Of a DNA stretch of 36,382 nucleotides, positions 35,954 through 36,382 are shown one piece after another. Source of the DNA: a virus. Position 1 is the first letter of the stretch, and each line of letters starts with the position of its first letter. The notes beneath the pieces were generated by a model that saw nothing but the letters and a program-made list of their open reading frames with translations, was not told where the DNA came from and ran no database searches. Where the stretch lies: the UHGV virus genome UHGV-0205584. The stretch is one strand, 5' to 3'. A program made the translations under genes and the position numbers.

Positions 35954-36148
35954 ATGACATTGCTATACAAAAAGCTTAAAGATTACATTTTAACAAGCTA
36001 CGATTTAAGTAGCTTGGTGAGTGCCAGCCATAAATGTACAGCGTTTTATGAGGCAGGGGAAATCACAAAGCTAGAATATCGAAAGCTAATGAAATGTATC
36101 GATAGGATAGTTATAAAAGGCTGTAAATGCGAGAGAATTGGATTGTAA
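35954..36148 (+). CDS. Hypothetical protein
   Basis: 64 aa, SD GAGGG. Confidence 0.6.
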   Translation: MTLLYKKLKDYILTSYDLSSLVSASHKCTAFYEAGEITKLEYRKLMKCIDRIVIKGCKCERIGL

Positions 36149-36160
36149 AAGAGGTGTAGA

Positions 36161-36373
36161 ATGTACAATCTCAATGAATTGATAAAAATAGGAATTGATG
36201 AAATTGTAAGTTATACGGATTATAGAGGGTTCGCAATAGTTGAATTCAAATGCATGGATAAAATAAGCCCAGATAAATTACAAAAGACATTGCAGTATGT
36301 CAGAGAAATTACAAAAGGGGAACCATGCAACGAGATATATGTGAAAGCCAATATTTTAATTGATAGAAATTGA
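36161..36373 (+). CDS. Hypothetical protein
   Basis: 70 aa, SD GAGGTG. Confidence 0.65.
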   Translation: MYNLNELIKIGIDEIVSYTDYRGFAIVEFKCMDKISPDKLQKTLQYVREITKGEPCNEIYVKANILIDRN

Positions 36374-36382
36374 GGTGATAGT

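Overview
The window looks like a complete, circularly permuted ~36.4 kb temperate siphovirus genome. The last bases (GAGGTGATAGT) supply a Shine-Dalgarno for the ATG at position 1, and a candidate attP is intact. The host is probably a diderm Firmicute (Negativicutes, likely Veillonella); this is inferred from Firmicute-type head, replication and lysogeny genes together with a trimeric autotransporter, spanin-like genes and a proteobacterial/GTA-type tail tip. Modules in order: late activator, terS/terL, portal, head, tail, lysis, accessory cassette, serine integrase, cI/cro, antirepressor, YqaJ/RecT, replication, RusA, YadA-like adhesin. Best leads: (1) A predicted ~70-nt minus-strand sRNA (about 28504->28435) with a near-consensus sigma70 promoter and an intrinsic terminator. 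Its 5' end is complementary to a 16-nt motif (GAAAGGAAACCACACA) covering the ribosome-binding sites of about seven phage genes, including integrase, antirepressor, exonuclease and accessory genes. Substitutions in the variant sites keep G-U pairing, which points to a trans-acting multi-target phage sRNA regulon. (2) terL carries CCG-TAG-CCT inside its Walker A motif; a 6-nt ribosomal stop-hop would restore the usual LPPRHGKS. (3) Two almost fully overlapping spanin-like genes share one SD. (4) A duplicated-promoter/operator cassette with an RHH-like gene resembles anti-CRISPR loci. No database searches or folding programs were run, so all functional calls come from motif recognition and gene context.
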